Shown piece after piece: positions 1 to 10,421 of a stretch of DNA of 42,726 bases (the first letter of the stretch is position 1; the number at the start of each line of letters is the position of its first letter). The position numbers were made by a program, and so were the translations under genes. This DNA comes from Nemertoderma westbladi (lineage: Eukaryota; Animalia; Xenacoelomorpha): NCBI GenBank assembly GCA_032718475.1, contig JAUCBJ010000435.1, forward strand, positions 1 through 42,726, read 5' to 3'. The notes under the pieces are model-generated. The model did no database searches, was not told the DNA's origin, and saw only the letters and a list, made by a program, of their open reading frames with translations.

Positions 1-719
1 GCGCTCTCAGTGGAGTGCTACTTGTTGGACACTAAAACAAATAATTCTAATTTACCTAAGTTACTTAATACTACAAATTACGTACAATTCGGGTTGAGAT
101 TACAATCTCTAAATAAACACAAAAAAATTACAAATACACAAATACGAATTTTTAGGGTAATTTTACAAGAAGTCTACTAACCAGCCTAACAAAGGGTTAG
201 AATATCTGGTTATTACAACGGACAGAGTACTACGGTATTTGAAAATAATAAACAGTAGTAAATATACTGCGTTGTCCAGATAGGAAAATACCACCGTCTG
301 ACGACTTATAGCCGTATCGCTATAAGTACTACGTTATGTATCACGGAGTGTTCCTACCCAGAAGTTAATTACCGCGGTCTACCAGAACCAACGTGCCTAT
401 TAACCACTTTACAACACAAATATACTGCCTACACGCTAATTACCTTCGGAAAGCACTGTACACTAAACCCTAAATTAGGTACAAGTACTTGTACAACAAA
501 TAATCAGTAGTTAAAAATACTTGAACAGCTAAAAGAACCACGGTATCTGCCGGAGTGACCAAAGCACAAAATCTCCAGTCTTTACCTACGCCGAGCAGCC
601 CTGATGTAGTACCGGGGTTAGTTTAACTATAACGGTATGTATAACAAACACAATTACTGTAGGAATAAACTTGGGGATATGAATGTTGCGGATAATCGCA
701 TAAACTCTGAATAATAAAT

Positions 720-1290
720 ATTACGCTACGCGTACAAACTACTCAAACAAAATGCAGACCAAATACTGACAGACTACTATCAAGCCTAAACAAACTACGG
801 TATATGCAGACTCCGAAATGATTAGTTAGTATGCGTTCTAACCTAGTAGTACGACTTATTCCTTCACAGGGGGTTTACCTCACAGCACTTGAAGCCCCTA
901 CGTTCCCAACTAGCACTTTATCGGACAGATGCTCTACACACACCGAAATTTCCTCAAACCCAACAACAGTCAGACAACTATCCAGCCTACAAATTATCTA
1001 AATAAAATTATACGCTACCCGTACAGACTACACAAACAAAGTACAGACCAAACGCTGGCAGACTACTATCAAGCCTAAATAAACTACAGTATATGCAGAC
1101 TCTGAAATGATTAGTTAGTATGCGTTCTAACCCAGTAGTACGACTTATTCTTTCACGGGGGTTTACCTCACAGCACTTGAAGCCCCTACTTTCCTAACTA
1201 GCACTTTATCTGACAGATGCTCTACACACACTGCAATCCGTTCAGACTTAACAACGGTTAGACAACAGTCCAGCCTACAAATTATCTGTA
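720..1290. repeat. ~290-bp tandem duplication in the element leader
   Basis: CAGACTACTATCAAGCCTAAA...GAAATGATTAGTTAGTATGCGTTCTAACC...GATGCTCTACACACAC...CCAGCCTACAAATTATCT occurs twice (~720-1000 and ~1008-1290). Confidence 0.85.
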
Positions 1291-1567
1291 CAATCTGAGC
1301 AGGCTTACACGCCTTCTGCTCAATACTGGCCTACAAATAAATAAAACTGACAGAAATAAGTAAAATCTCAATAAAAAACCAGGGCGGGCCCTCCCTGATT
1401 AATTATTAAGGCCTACCGGTATATAACTATCAAAATCGAATAATACTGCTGTACCTGTACTGTAAGTACCGGTTCGGGTGATCAGGCAGTCAGGCCTACA
1501 GGTTTCCGGTCGACCGGTACTTTCGACTTGATTGCTTACGCCGCAATCCAGAAGCAATATCTGTTAT

Positions 1568-2706
1568 TGTTTGCGCTTTTAAGACCTTTGACAGTTTAAC
1601 CTGCCAAATTAGGATGTCTTTTAGATGATAGATAGTCTTTAGCCTATGACGAGTATTTGATACACTACATTAGCCGAAGCCAGTCTATGCGCAATCATTC
1701 ACCCGCTGGATATACCCGGGAGACTGAATTCGGAAGCTTAATGATTGATGGTGTAAGCCTACTGTATTATTCGACTGATCGCAATATATAATCTCTGACA
1801 AATATTATTCACTTTCGGGAAATATTAACAGTTCCTTTAGGACGTGGCGCTCTAAATATGTAAACAGAGTTATGACTTAAACCAGACGCAATGAGATGGC
1901 TATAGATTCACGTATATGGTGCATTCTTTAGGAGATGCTTTGTTATCAGTCACAATCATACACAATGCTGCACAATGCTGCACACCAATCTGCCGACCTT
2001 CACTAATTTTAGTCACATACAAAGAGAATAACAGACAATACATGTAGGGCCTATAAAATAGCATTAGATTCACTTCACACCACTTAACATAAGTCGCAAT
2101 CGTTTATCTGTAACCGGTCTCTCTAACCTTTAGTATATCAAGAAGATTGGGGTGTCTGACTATTGATCAGTATTCCAAATATAATCTTCCATCAACAAAT
2201 ATAATGAATAACCGACAGCAAAAGCAGTAATGTTAAGTAAGATATGTATGATATGTTTAGATAACAGATATACGTTCTATAATTAAGCCTACTAATGTTA
2301 AGCTAAAGACTGAAACACGGAGGTGCCAAAAGCCGGTGTTCTTAGGCTCTGGGCAAAAACATATACACTGAACTACTGAGTTTCTGTATCCAACCTCCAA
2401 CACAGAGTCAAAAAACGCTCTGATTGGTCGACCGAACAAAGAGAGAACAAAGAACAAAGAAATGTTCGACGTGGCAATATCAGCTGTTAGCCGTCGTCAT
2501 GGTAGCCACACTGTTTTCAAGAGTATCCGGCTTATTGCGTCACAAAATTGCGGATTATGTCCTCTAAAGTACACATACAGAAGAAATGACTTTTATGTCC
2601 TCTAAAACACCAGGACAGTAAGGACACGGCCTTTTTATGCCCAGTAAACCAACTACAGAGTACTTTGCGGGGAAAATAACCGGCTAATTACGCAAAAGCT
2701 TTTACA
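1568..2706 (-). repeat. LTR copy 1 (5' LTR of the left element)
   Basis: Bounded by TG (TGTTTGCGC) and CA (GCTTTTACA); homologous to 6468-7652 and 21383-22589. Confidence 0.85.
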
Positions 2707-2954
2707 ACGATAATGTGCTGCCAGTATATTACTCTTTTTTATATTCGAATATAAAGTGTCTAGATCGATATACTACTTTATATATTTTTTAAATTTACTT
2801 TGCTTCTGCTTTTTGTAAAGAAGTTCCATACACTAATGAAAAGTGGGTGGCTGCTCAAACTCGGATGACACACTCGGTAGGCATACCAAAATTTCTGAGG
2901 TCAAAATGGTCGAATCAAATTACGAACTCGGCTTATCGGTTGTATAAAATTGGA

Positions 2955-2991
2955 ACTAGCAAGTGCGCGCCTAAGGCGCGCAATTGCTAGT
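2955..2991 (+). mobile_element. Helitron-like 3' terminus
   Basis: GC-rich hairpin TGCGCGCC-TAA-GGCGCGCA followed 4 nt later by CTAG|T (2987-2991); 5' end not located. Confidence 0.5.
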
Positions 2992-3052
2992 ATATATAAT
3001 GAATGGGAAAGCAGTAAACAAGGGTCTTTATAGAGGAAACTTAGTTTGGAGT

Positions 3053-3108
3053 AGCCAATGAGAAACCAGATGCGAGTAAAGCAGCCAATGAGAGAGCAGA
3101 TGCGAGTA
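3053..3108 (+). promoter_or_regulatory. Tandem CCAAT-box-containing 30-bp duplication
   Basis: AGCCAATGAGA..CAGATGCGAGTA at 3053 and 3083; function not shown. Confidence 0.3.
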
Positions 3109-3560
3109 CACGCTTAATTTCTTTTTTTCCTGTTTTTCGTTTCAGGGGTAAAGCCCATCCATGGTGAGTTAACGCCACACTAACTCCCAAGGATATTATA
3201 CTCACCATTCAAATATCCCTCGTAAACCAGAATCCCCCAACATCTAAAGTATTCCACTTCAGTGCAATATATATAGAGCTTTAGTTGGAATTGAACTTGT
3301 GCTTGCAAACTCTTTTGTAAAGTTAAGAAGAGTGAACCAACAGAGGCAACCTGAAGTCTAATCTGTTGGCCTTTACTCATAAGACAGCGCATTAACTCCC
3401 ATGGTTGCATACTATCACTACTGCTGGGAGAGTCGAAGCTAGTGTACACTAGAGTCAGCCAAGAGCTAGGAAAAAATAATAATGCTTCTAGGGTTCGAAC
3501 TCACGACCTTCTAATTAGAAAACCAAGCAAATGATCAGCTTGAAGGCCTTAGACCCTTAA

Positions 3561-3968
3561 TCTGAGCCTCAGTGCCTCAGTGAGGCATAGTCTGTGCCTC
3601 AGTGAGGCATAGTCTGTGCCTCAGTGAGGCATAGTCTGTGCCTCAGTGCCTCAGTGAGGCATAGTCTGTGCTTCAGTGCCTCAATGAGGCATAGTCTGTG
3701 CCTCAGTGAGACATAGTCTGTGCCTCAGTGCCTCAGTGAGGTATAGTCTGTGCCTCAGTGCCTCAGTGAGGCATAGTCTGAGCCTCAGTGAGGCATATTC
3801 TGTGCCTCAGTGCCTCAGCGAGGCATAGTCTGTGCCTCAGCGAGGCATAGTCTATGCCTCAGTGAGGCATAGTCTGTGCCTCAGTGAGACATAGTCTGTG
3901 CCTCAGTGAGGTATAGTCTGTGCCTCACTGCCTCAGTGAGGCATAGTCTGAGCCTCAGTGAAGCATAT
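3561..3968. repeat. 22-bp minisatellite with palindromic core
   Basis: Unit GCCTCAGTGAGGCATAGTCTGT with interspersed 9-bp GCCTCAGT-type sub-duplications; core TGCCTCA-G-TGAGGCA is a palindrome. Confidence 0.95.
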
Positions 3969-4430
3969 TGCATGCAGTTGTTGTTGCAGGGTAATCTTTG
4001 TCCGTCTTTCATGATGCAGCTCATCTACCATATTACTAAAGTCCTGTTTTAGAAGGTCGTAATTATGCTCCACTTTGCTAAAGCGACCTTGAAGTATTGC
4101 GGTAGTGTGAATCAGATCCAAGCGAAGTTGGTCTATTGAAGGAGAAGTAGTCACTGTTGTTTCATTAATTCTCTTTAAACGCTTTTTGCAGGATTCGGTG
4201 AAAGATTTCGCTTCTAAACGGTGGTATAGCTCCACGATATCCATAGCCAACTCAGTTGGCTGGAGCAGTTCGATTACGGAGTTCTAGGGAGGCACAGTTA
4301 ACCGGTGACATAAGACATAGAATTTGTTGAAATAATTGGTGACGAAGTGCTTGCCTTTTATCAGGTGGAAATTTAGATATCAAATTAGCATACTCAATAG
4401 CATACTCAAGTGAGTCTAGGGCACTACAGT
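3933..4430 (-). pseudogene. Frameshifted coding-like segment of unknown origin (helical/coiled-coil)
   Basis: Two abutting ORFs (4252-4530 and 3933-4250) with protein-like non-repetitive parts (ISKFPPDKRQALRHQLFQQIL; FSKVEHNYDLLKQDFSNMVDELHHERR); no family recognised. Confidence 0.3.
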
Positions 4431-4692
4431 GCCCTAGGCACTGTAGTAGCCACTGTAGTAGCCCTAGGTGCCCTAGCCACTGTAGAAGCCACTGTAGTAC
4501 CCTAGGTGCCCTAGCCACTGTAGTAGCCACTGTAGTACCCTAGGTGCCCTAGGCACTGTAGTAGCCACTGTAGTAGCCCTAGGTGCCCTAGCCACTGTAG
4601 TAGCCACTGTAGTAGCCCTAGGTGCCCTAGCCACTGTAGTAGCCACTGTAGTAGCCCTAGGTGCCCTAGCCACTGTAGTAGCCACTGTAGTA
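4430..4692. repeat. 39-bp minisatellite
   Basis: Unit GCCACTGTAGTAGCCACTGTAGTAGCCCTAGGTGCCCTA, about 6 copies. Confidence 0.95.
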
Positions 4693-4752
4693 CAATAAAT
4701 AAGTCAATGACTTATTTAGTTGACGGGGCTTACAAACCCACTCTACAAACCC

Positions 4753-5165
4753 AGCGCTGGTTCAACCCCCGGTGACGCGCTTTCTCATTCTTTCCATTTC
4801 TGAACAAAACCATAATATTACACCTTTAATTACAGTTGCAACAGCTCATCTCCAATTTATTTAATTAATATCACCTGGCAGCAATACTCGAGCTGAATAT
4901 TTATTTATTTGTACTTCCCTCCTGTTTCACTCTAACATACTTGAGGCCGGTAGGTCCGCTGTTAAGATAGGATATGCAACTTAAGACTGCCCGTTCAATA
5001 GAAGTGGATTAGGTGGGAGAGTGAATGTCAGGGACAAGTGGCTGAACTGGTTAGCGCTACTGATGAGGCCTGATAGGCTGGAACGTAAGTTTAGCGCTGG
5101 TTCAACCTCCGGTGACGCGCTTTCTCATTTTTTCCATTCTGAACAAAACCATAATATTACACCTT
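4753..5165 (+). mobile_element. Retrozyme / Penelope pseudo-LTR-like unit (340-nt monomer plus partial repeat)
   Basis: Direct repeat 4753-4826 / 5093-5165, with a hammerhead motif at the junction immediately before the second copy. Confidence 0.6.
5052..5099 (+). ncRNA. Minimal type I hammerhead ribozyme (probably decayed)
   Basis: Stem I TAGCGCTA/TAGCGCTG; core CTGATGA (5060-5066); stem II GGCCT-gat-AGGCT; GGAAC in place of GAAAC; 2-bp stem III with GTAA loop; cleavage triplet GTT (5089-5091). Confidence 0.7.
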
Positions 5166-5428
5166 CAACTAATTGATGAATAGGCTACAGGTAGTGCCAC
5201 ATTACTGTATTAATATTGCTATAACAAAAGTGTTCCAATGTAATTTTACATTAATATTCAAATGATGTACTTAATTTTACAGGGTTAACTAAAATTATTA
5301 CTAGTTTCATTGACAAGGTATGAAATTATTTAAAAAGTAACATCATCATAATATAAAACGACATATAATTTACAGTATGCACATTATATAATATCAATCC
5401 TTTGTTTATATTATTATCTCAAATTAAA

Positions 5429-5617
5429 CTAAATTCCTCCATTGTCAATGATACCGAGTTCATCCATAGCTGTAGATGCATCCCCCTCCCCCTCTAAGTA
5501 GGCCAATAGTAACAGCAATCCAGTTGACCCCAACATCAATACCAGATAGATTATTGTAAACACCTCGTTGATCACCTTAGCAGCAACAATCCATTCTTCT
5601 TGGATCTCACCAGCAGC
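5429..5617 (-). CDS. Terminal exon of a nicotinic acetylcholine receptor-like (cationic Cys-loop) subunit: MA helix end + M4
   Basis: ttttcag acceptor, then AAGEIQEEWIVAAKVINEVFTIIYLVLMLGSTGLLLLLAYLEGEGDASTAMDELGIIDNGGI*, matching the E(D/E)WxxxAxVIDR-M4 pattern. Confidence 0.8.
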   Translation of the reverse strand, partial: AAGEIQEEWIVAAKVINEVFTIIYLVLMLGSTGLLLLLAYLEGEGDASTAMDELGIIDNGGI

Positions 5618-5723
5618 CTGAAAATATGGAGGGAATTATGATTAATAATTAATAATAAAAAAAATAGTACCGACTATAATAACTTTAAAATAATGAAAAG
5701 TAACAATAAACAGTAACATAAAG

Positions 5724-6050
5724 TGCAATGGCTGGTCCTCACGGAAAGCAATGTCCTGCAAAGCGGAGGCGATTTTGTTCTAGTGTCAAGCTTGGGGGAA
5801 CCAATGAGACACCTCCAATGTTATATAGTGTCTGGTTGGAGATGTGTGCATTGTACTTGACACAATGAACCCGGCGTAGCATTCTTGTGAATGTGCTATC
5901 CAGAGATTTGGTGTCCTCTGCAGTTAGAGCCCAGCATGGACTCCCGTAGAGGAGTACTGGAACTACTGCTGCTCTAAATAATCGGACCTTGAGATTCATC
6001 GAGAAGCCAGTAGCAAAGCCGGAGTCCAATGGGCAGTAGCATAGAAGGAG
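5724..6050 (-). mobile_element. RTE-type LINE fragment in the receptor intron
   Basis: KVRLFRAAVVPVLLYGSPCW...FTRMLRRV...RLRFAGHC; nearly identical to 36321-36470 where they overlap. Confidence 0.8.
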
Positions 6051-6105
6051 GCCAGTAGTAACTCGTTGCATACAATGATAATGGCACACAACCATTCTCA
6101 TTTAC

Positions 6106-6198
6106 CTGATCGGATTTGACGTGGAAAACAATCTCTAGTATTTTTTCGTGGATTCTTTTCGCTATGAGAACGTTTCCACTTTCGTGACTACTGACAAC
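6106..6198 (-). CDS. Penultimate exon of the same receptor-like gene (M3-M4 loop / MA helix)
   Basis: ttattacag|...CAG|gtaaat, 93 nt, phase 0/0, VVSSHESGNVLIAKRIHEKILEIVFHVKSDQ; joins in frame to 5617. Confidence 0.75.
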
Positions 6199-6214
6199 CT
6201 GTAATAAAATTACA

Positions 6215-6467
6215 ACAATAGTAAGTATAACGGTGCTAGGTGCAGCCACATTAGTAAGTATAACGGTGCTAGGTGCAGCCACATTAGTAAGTATAACGGT
6301 GCTAGGTGCAGCCACATTAGTAAGTATAACGGTGCTAGGTGCAGCCACAATAGTAAGTATAACGGTGCTAGGTGCAGCCACATTAGTAAGTATAACGGTG
6401 CTAGGTGCAGCCACAATAGTAAGTATAACGGTGCTAGGTGCAGCCACAATAGTAAGTATAACGGTGC
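6215..6467. repeat. 33-bp minisatellite, cut by the LTR at 6468
   Basis: Unit CACA(A/T)TAGTAAGTATAACGGTGCTAGGTGCAGC, about 7.5 copies; the last unit breaks at GGTGC|TGTTCGCG. Confidence 0.95.
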
Positions 6468-7652
6468 TGTTCGCGCTTTCAGACCTTTGGCAGTTTAACC
6501 CGCCAAATTAGGATGTCTTCTAGATAATAAATCGCTTTTAGCCTCTGACAAGTATTTGATTCACTACACTAGTCGAAACCAATCGGTGCGCGATCATTCA
6601 CCCGCTGGATATACCCGGGAGATTGGGTTCGACGGCTTAATCGTATTGCTATGTAAGCCTAATGTATTATTCGACTGACAGTATTATATAATCTCTGACA
6701 ATATTATTCACCTTCGGGGAATATTAACAGTTCCTTTAGGACGTGGCGCTCTATCTATATAAACAGAGTTATGACTTAAACTACTCACAACGATATGGCT
6801 TAGTTACAATTCACATATATGGCGCATTCTTTAGGAAATGCTTCGTTATCAGTCTCACTCATACACAATACTGCACAATACTGCACACTAATCTGCCGAT
6901 CTTCACTGATTTTAGTCACATATAAAAGGAACACGGACCGAATCATGTAGGGTCTATCAAATAACATTAGATTCACTTCAAACCACTTTAACATAAGTCG
7001 CAATCGTTATATGTAACCTTTCTCTCTTACCTTCGGTATATCAAGAATATTGGGTTTTCGGGGTTATTTATCGTTATTCCAAATATAATAATTCATCAAC
7101 CATATTATGAAGAACTGACAGTAAACAATGGCAGTATAACAATATAAAAGTATGCACAGGTTGTTTGATTAGGTATGGTATGTTATGTATAGTTATGATA
7201 ACGGATATATGTCCTTATAATTAAGCCTACTAGTGTAAGACTAAAAAACTGAAAACACTGAGGTGCCAAAAGCCGGTTCTTAGGCTCTGGGCAAAAACAT
7301 AACACTGAACTACTGAGCCTCTGTATACACCTCCAACACAGAGACAACAAACGCTCTGATTGGTCAACCGAACAACGAGAGAACAAAGAAACAAAGAAAC
7401 GTCGACGTGGCAATATCAGCTGTTAGCCGTCGTCATGGTAGCGACACTGTTTTCAAGAGTATCCAGCTTATCGCGTCACGAGATTGCGGATTATGTCCTC
7501 TAAAGTACATATACAGTACAAATACATAAGAAATGACTTTTATGTCCTCTAAAACACCAGTACAGCAAGGACACGGCCTTTTTATGCCTGGCAAACCAAC
7601 TACAGAGTACTTTAAGGGAAAATAACCGGTTAATGACGCAAAAGCTTTTACA
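6468..7652 (-). repeat. 3' LTR
   Basis: Minus strand reads TGTAAAAGC...GCGCGAACA; preceded on minus by the purine-rich GGGAGCGG. Confidence 0.9.
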
Positions 7653-7660
7653 CCGCTCCC
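7653..7660 (-). other. Putative polypurine tract
   Basis: GGGAGCGG directly abuts the TG of the 3' LTR on the minus strand; short and interrupted. Confidence 0.5.
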
Positions 7661-7730
7661 AGAAAATGGGATTTAAGTCTATAAAATATAACAAATCACA
7701 GTTTCTAAAATATAAAAATACTCTAAACAG

Positions 7731-7814
7731 TTAGTCTTTCTTACGCAGACGGCGTTTACGCAGTTTTTTGAGGCTAGCAAGAGTCCTTTTCTCTTTGGGG
7801 GGAGCCACTTTACT
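7731..7814 (-). pseudogene. Detached basic C-terminus of the extra ORF
   Basis: Reads [27 protein letters not shown], in frame with ...HPSPRIYSPP at 10113 onward once the LINE is removed at the TSD ACTTTACT. Confidence 0.55.
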
Positions 7815-10104
7815 GTACTGTACTTTACTTTACTGTATTATAATAATTACTGCAAATATAGAAACCTTGTCCAACGGGAAATAAAAAAAGCTAAATCTGA
7901 ATATTTGTACAACAAAATAAGTGAGAATAAAGATAATCCAAAAAGTCTATGGTCTACCCTAAAATCTTTAGGTTATAAAAACCTTAAATCTAAATCGAAT
8001 ATTGTTCTGCAAGATAACGGTGAGCTGATTCATGATCATACTCTAGTTAGTAATTTATTTAATAATTATTTTACTAATGTTGCCTCTAATTTAGTTAAGA
8101 AGTTACCGTTACCAAGTAATAAATATAGTATAGGGTCCGAAACTCTAAATAATTTTTATTTAGAAAAGTTACAAAATTCAGAAAAGTTATTTTTAAAACC
8201 CGTTTCTGAGGATTTCGTTTTTAAAAATCTACTTAGCCTATCAGCCTCAAAAAGTACCGGTCTAGATCTAATACCTGCCCGTTTTCTTAAGGATGGTGCT
8301 GAAGTACTTAAAGTGCCTATTACTTTTATTATTAATTACTCTATCGTAGATAATGTAGTACCAGACGAACTGAAATTAGCTAAGGTTGTTCCTCTGTATA
8401 AAAAGAATAGTAAAGTAGAACCCTGTAATTACAGACCTGTTAGTATCTTAAGTATTGTATCTAAAATTCTAGAACGTTCTGTTTTTCTACAGCTGGAGGC
8501 ACATCTTAGTAGGCTAAATCTGATCTATGAACTTCAGTCCGGTTTTCGTAAATCATATTCTACAGACACCTGCCTTATTAACTTAACTGATACAATTAGA
8601 TGTAATAACGCAAAGGGTTTATATACTGGTATGGTAATGTTGGACCTACAAAAGGCTTTCGATACTGTAGATCACGAAATTCTGCTTGGTAAGTTAGGCC
8701 TGATGGGTGTAGGTTCTATAGACTGGTTCAAGTCCTACCTGTCAGACAGAGGTCAAACTGTAGTCATTAGCAAATCGCTGTCTACTGTACAAGAGATTAC
8801 CTGTGGTGTACCGCAAGGTAGTATATTAGGTCCTCTGCTTTTTGTATGCTATGTAAATGATATGATAAGTAGTATAGATCCCGATTTTAAACTCATTTTA
8901 TATGCCGACGACAGTGCTCTTATTTTCTCTCATAAAGATCCTATCCATATTTCCCAAAAGTTAAGTGCAGTTCTAGAATCCTGTAATGAGTGGTTGGTTG
9001 ATAATAAGCTATCCATTCACTACGGTAAAACTGAAAGTATTTTGTTTGGTTCCAAAAGAAAGTTAAAGAAGGTAACTAAGTTTGAAGTCACTAGTAATGG
9101 ACATAAGATTGAAAATAAAAAGGAAGTTAAATATTTAGGCGCCACATTGGATAACTGCTTATCAGGAGAAAGTACAGTGAAAAATATTTTCTCGAAAGTT
9201 AACAGTAGGCTTAGGTTTCTATACAGAAATAAAAATAGTTTGAACACCGACTCCCGCAAGTTACTTTGCTCTTCTTTAATACAGTGTCACATGGACTATG
9301 CGTGCTCTTCTTGGTATGAAGGCTTAACCAAACAGCTTAAATGTAAATTACAAGTAGCTCAGAATAAAGTAGTACGATTTATTAAAGACTACAAACCTAG
9401 GCACCACCTAACTCCAGATGACTTTTCTGAATCTGGACTACTTAACTTAGATAGTAGAGTTAAGCAGCTACGCCTTAACCATGTGCATAAAGTGTATAAT
9501 GGTAAATGTCCCAATTACCTAAAACAAAAATTCAACAGAGTACGCGATACACACTCTTACAGTACCAGAGCTAGTGCTTCAAACTTCTACCTCCCGAATT
9601 GTAAATCCTTTGAATCTGATACTTTCTTTTTTAACGGCATAAAAAATTGGAACGCTCTGCCTAATGAAATTAAAAACCTAAATAATCAACATTCTTTTAA
9701 ATCTGCAGTTAAATCTCATCTCCGTGTGCAATGTAAAAATAGGTACAATAGTCCTACAGTAAGTTATTAGTTTATTAATTATTTACTATTTATACTGTAA
9801 TTACGTTTTATAATAAATTGTTCTGTACATTACATCTTTATCGTTGAGTCGGGCGTTGTCACGCTCTCGGTAAAGTTGTACATGTACATAGTGTAATTAC
9901 GTTTTATATTGGTTTTAGGTTAGCGTAGTGTAATATTGTATTTGTAACCAAGTAACATAAAGGACCCTCTTGGAAATAAGCTGCAAAGCTTTAGGGGTAA
10001 TCCTATATGTTATGTTGGACAATACCTTTATACCGGTACATTGTTTGGTGTATTTGTTATTGTTTTTACATAATGTATAAATAAATCTATCTATCTATCT
10101 ATCT
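7815..10104 (+). mobile_element. 5'-truncated CR1-group (L2/Crack/Daphne-like) LINE
   Basis: RT ORF, 3' UTR, AATAAA and (TCTA)n tail at ~10079-10105; candidate TSD ACTTTACT at 7807-7814 and 10105-10112; short TACTG/TACTT filler at the 5' junction. Confidence 0.88.
7905..9770 (+). CDS. Non-LTR reverse transcriptase (ORF2 lacking the endonuclease domain)
   Basis: Motifs [53 protein letters not shown]; the frame is open upstream to the truncation point, so the TTG start is artificial. Confidence 0.95.
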   Translation: MYNKISENKDNPKSLWSTLKSLGYKNLKSKSNIVLQDNGELIHDHTLVSNLFNNYFTNVASNLVKKLPLPSNKYSIGSETLNNFYLEKLQNSEKLFLKPVSEDFVFKNLLSLSASKSTGLDLIPARFLKDGAEVLKVPITFIINYSIVDNVVPDELKLAKVVPLYKKNSKVEPCNYRPVSILSIVSKILERSVFLQLEAHLSRLNLIYELQSGFRKSYSTDTCLINLTDTIRCNNAKGLYTGMVMLDLQKAFDTVDHEILLGKLGLMGVGSIDWFKSYLSDRGQTVVISKSLSTVQEITCGVPQGSILGPLLFVCYVNDMISSIDPDFKLILYADDSALIFSHKDPIHISQKLSAVLESCNEWLVDNKLSIHYGKTESILFGSKRKLKKVTKFEVTSNGHKIENKKEVKYLGATLDNCLSGESTVKNIFSKVNSRLRFLYRNKNSLNTDSRKLLCSSLIQCHMDYACSSWYEGLTKQLKCKLQVAQNKVVRFIKDYKPRHHLTPDDFSESGLLNLDSRVKQLRLNHVHKVYNGKCPNYLKQKFNRVRDTHSYSTRASASNFYLPNCKSFESDTFFFNGIKNWNALPNEIKNLNNQHSFKSAVKSHLRVQCKNRYNSPTVSY

Positions 10105-10421
10105 ACTTTACTAGGAGGGCTATAAATCCTGGGTGAAGGGTGCAATATGATTGCATCAGAAGGTGTAGGATTATGGTCGGGGTATCCGCCGTTTCGATAT
10201 GCTTCTCCTCGAGCTGATTTTCCTCCGCTCGTAGCTGGATACGTTCATCCAAAAACTCTCGCAGAGAATGGGGTTGTCTAAGTGCGATATCTTCTTAGAG
10301 ATTCTGGATTTCACAATCGAACTGAGACAAAGACAATTCGTTTATCGCTTGGACTTGCTGTTACAACTTACGTTTATCTGAACAAACGTAGGTTTCCTTT
10401 CTGATCTTTGTAGAATAGCGT

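Larger units (their letters stand above)
1..2706 (-). mobile_element. 5' portion (leader + 5' LTR) of a second BEL/Pao-type LTR element, continuing left of the window
   Basis: 1-2706 is colinear with 19833-22589 (both start GCGCTCTCAGTGGAGTGC and end GCTTTTACA), with scattered substitutions and indels. Confidence 0.85.

Noticed and set aside
2257-2457. Short ORFs recurring in the LTR copies (also 6743-7694 and 21658-22333)
   Set aside because: Frames are not preserved across all three LTRs; recurrence reflects DNA repetition only.
5974-6511. ORFs with VAAPSTVILTN / LGAATLVSITV repeats
   Set aside because: Translation of the 33-bp minisatellite; only 6106-6198 has splice signals and a meaningful peptide.
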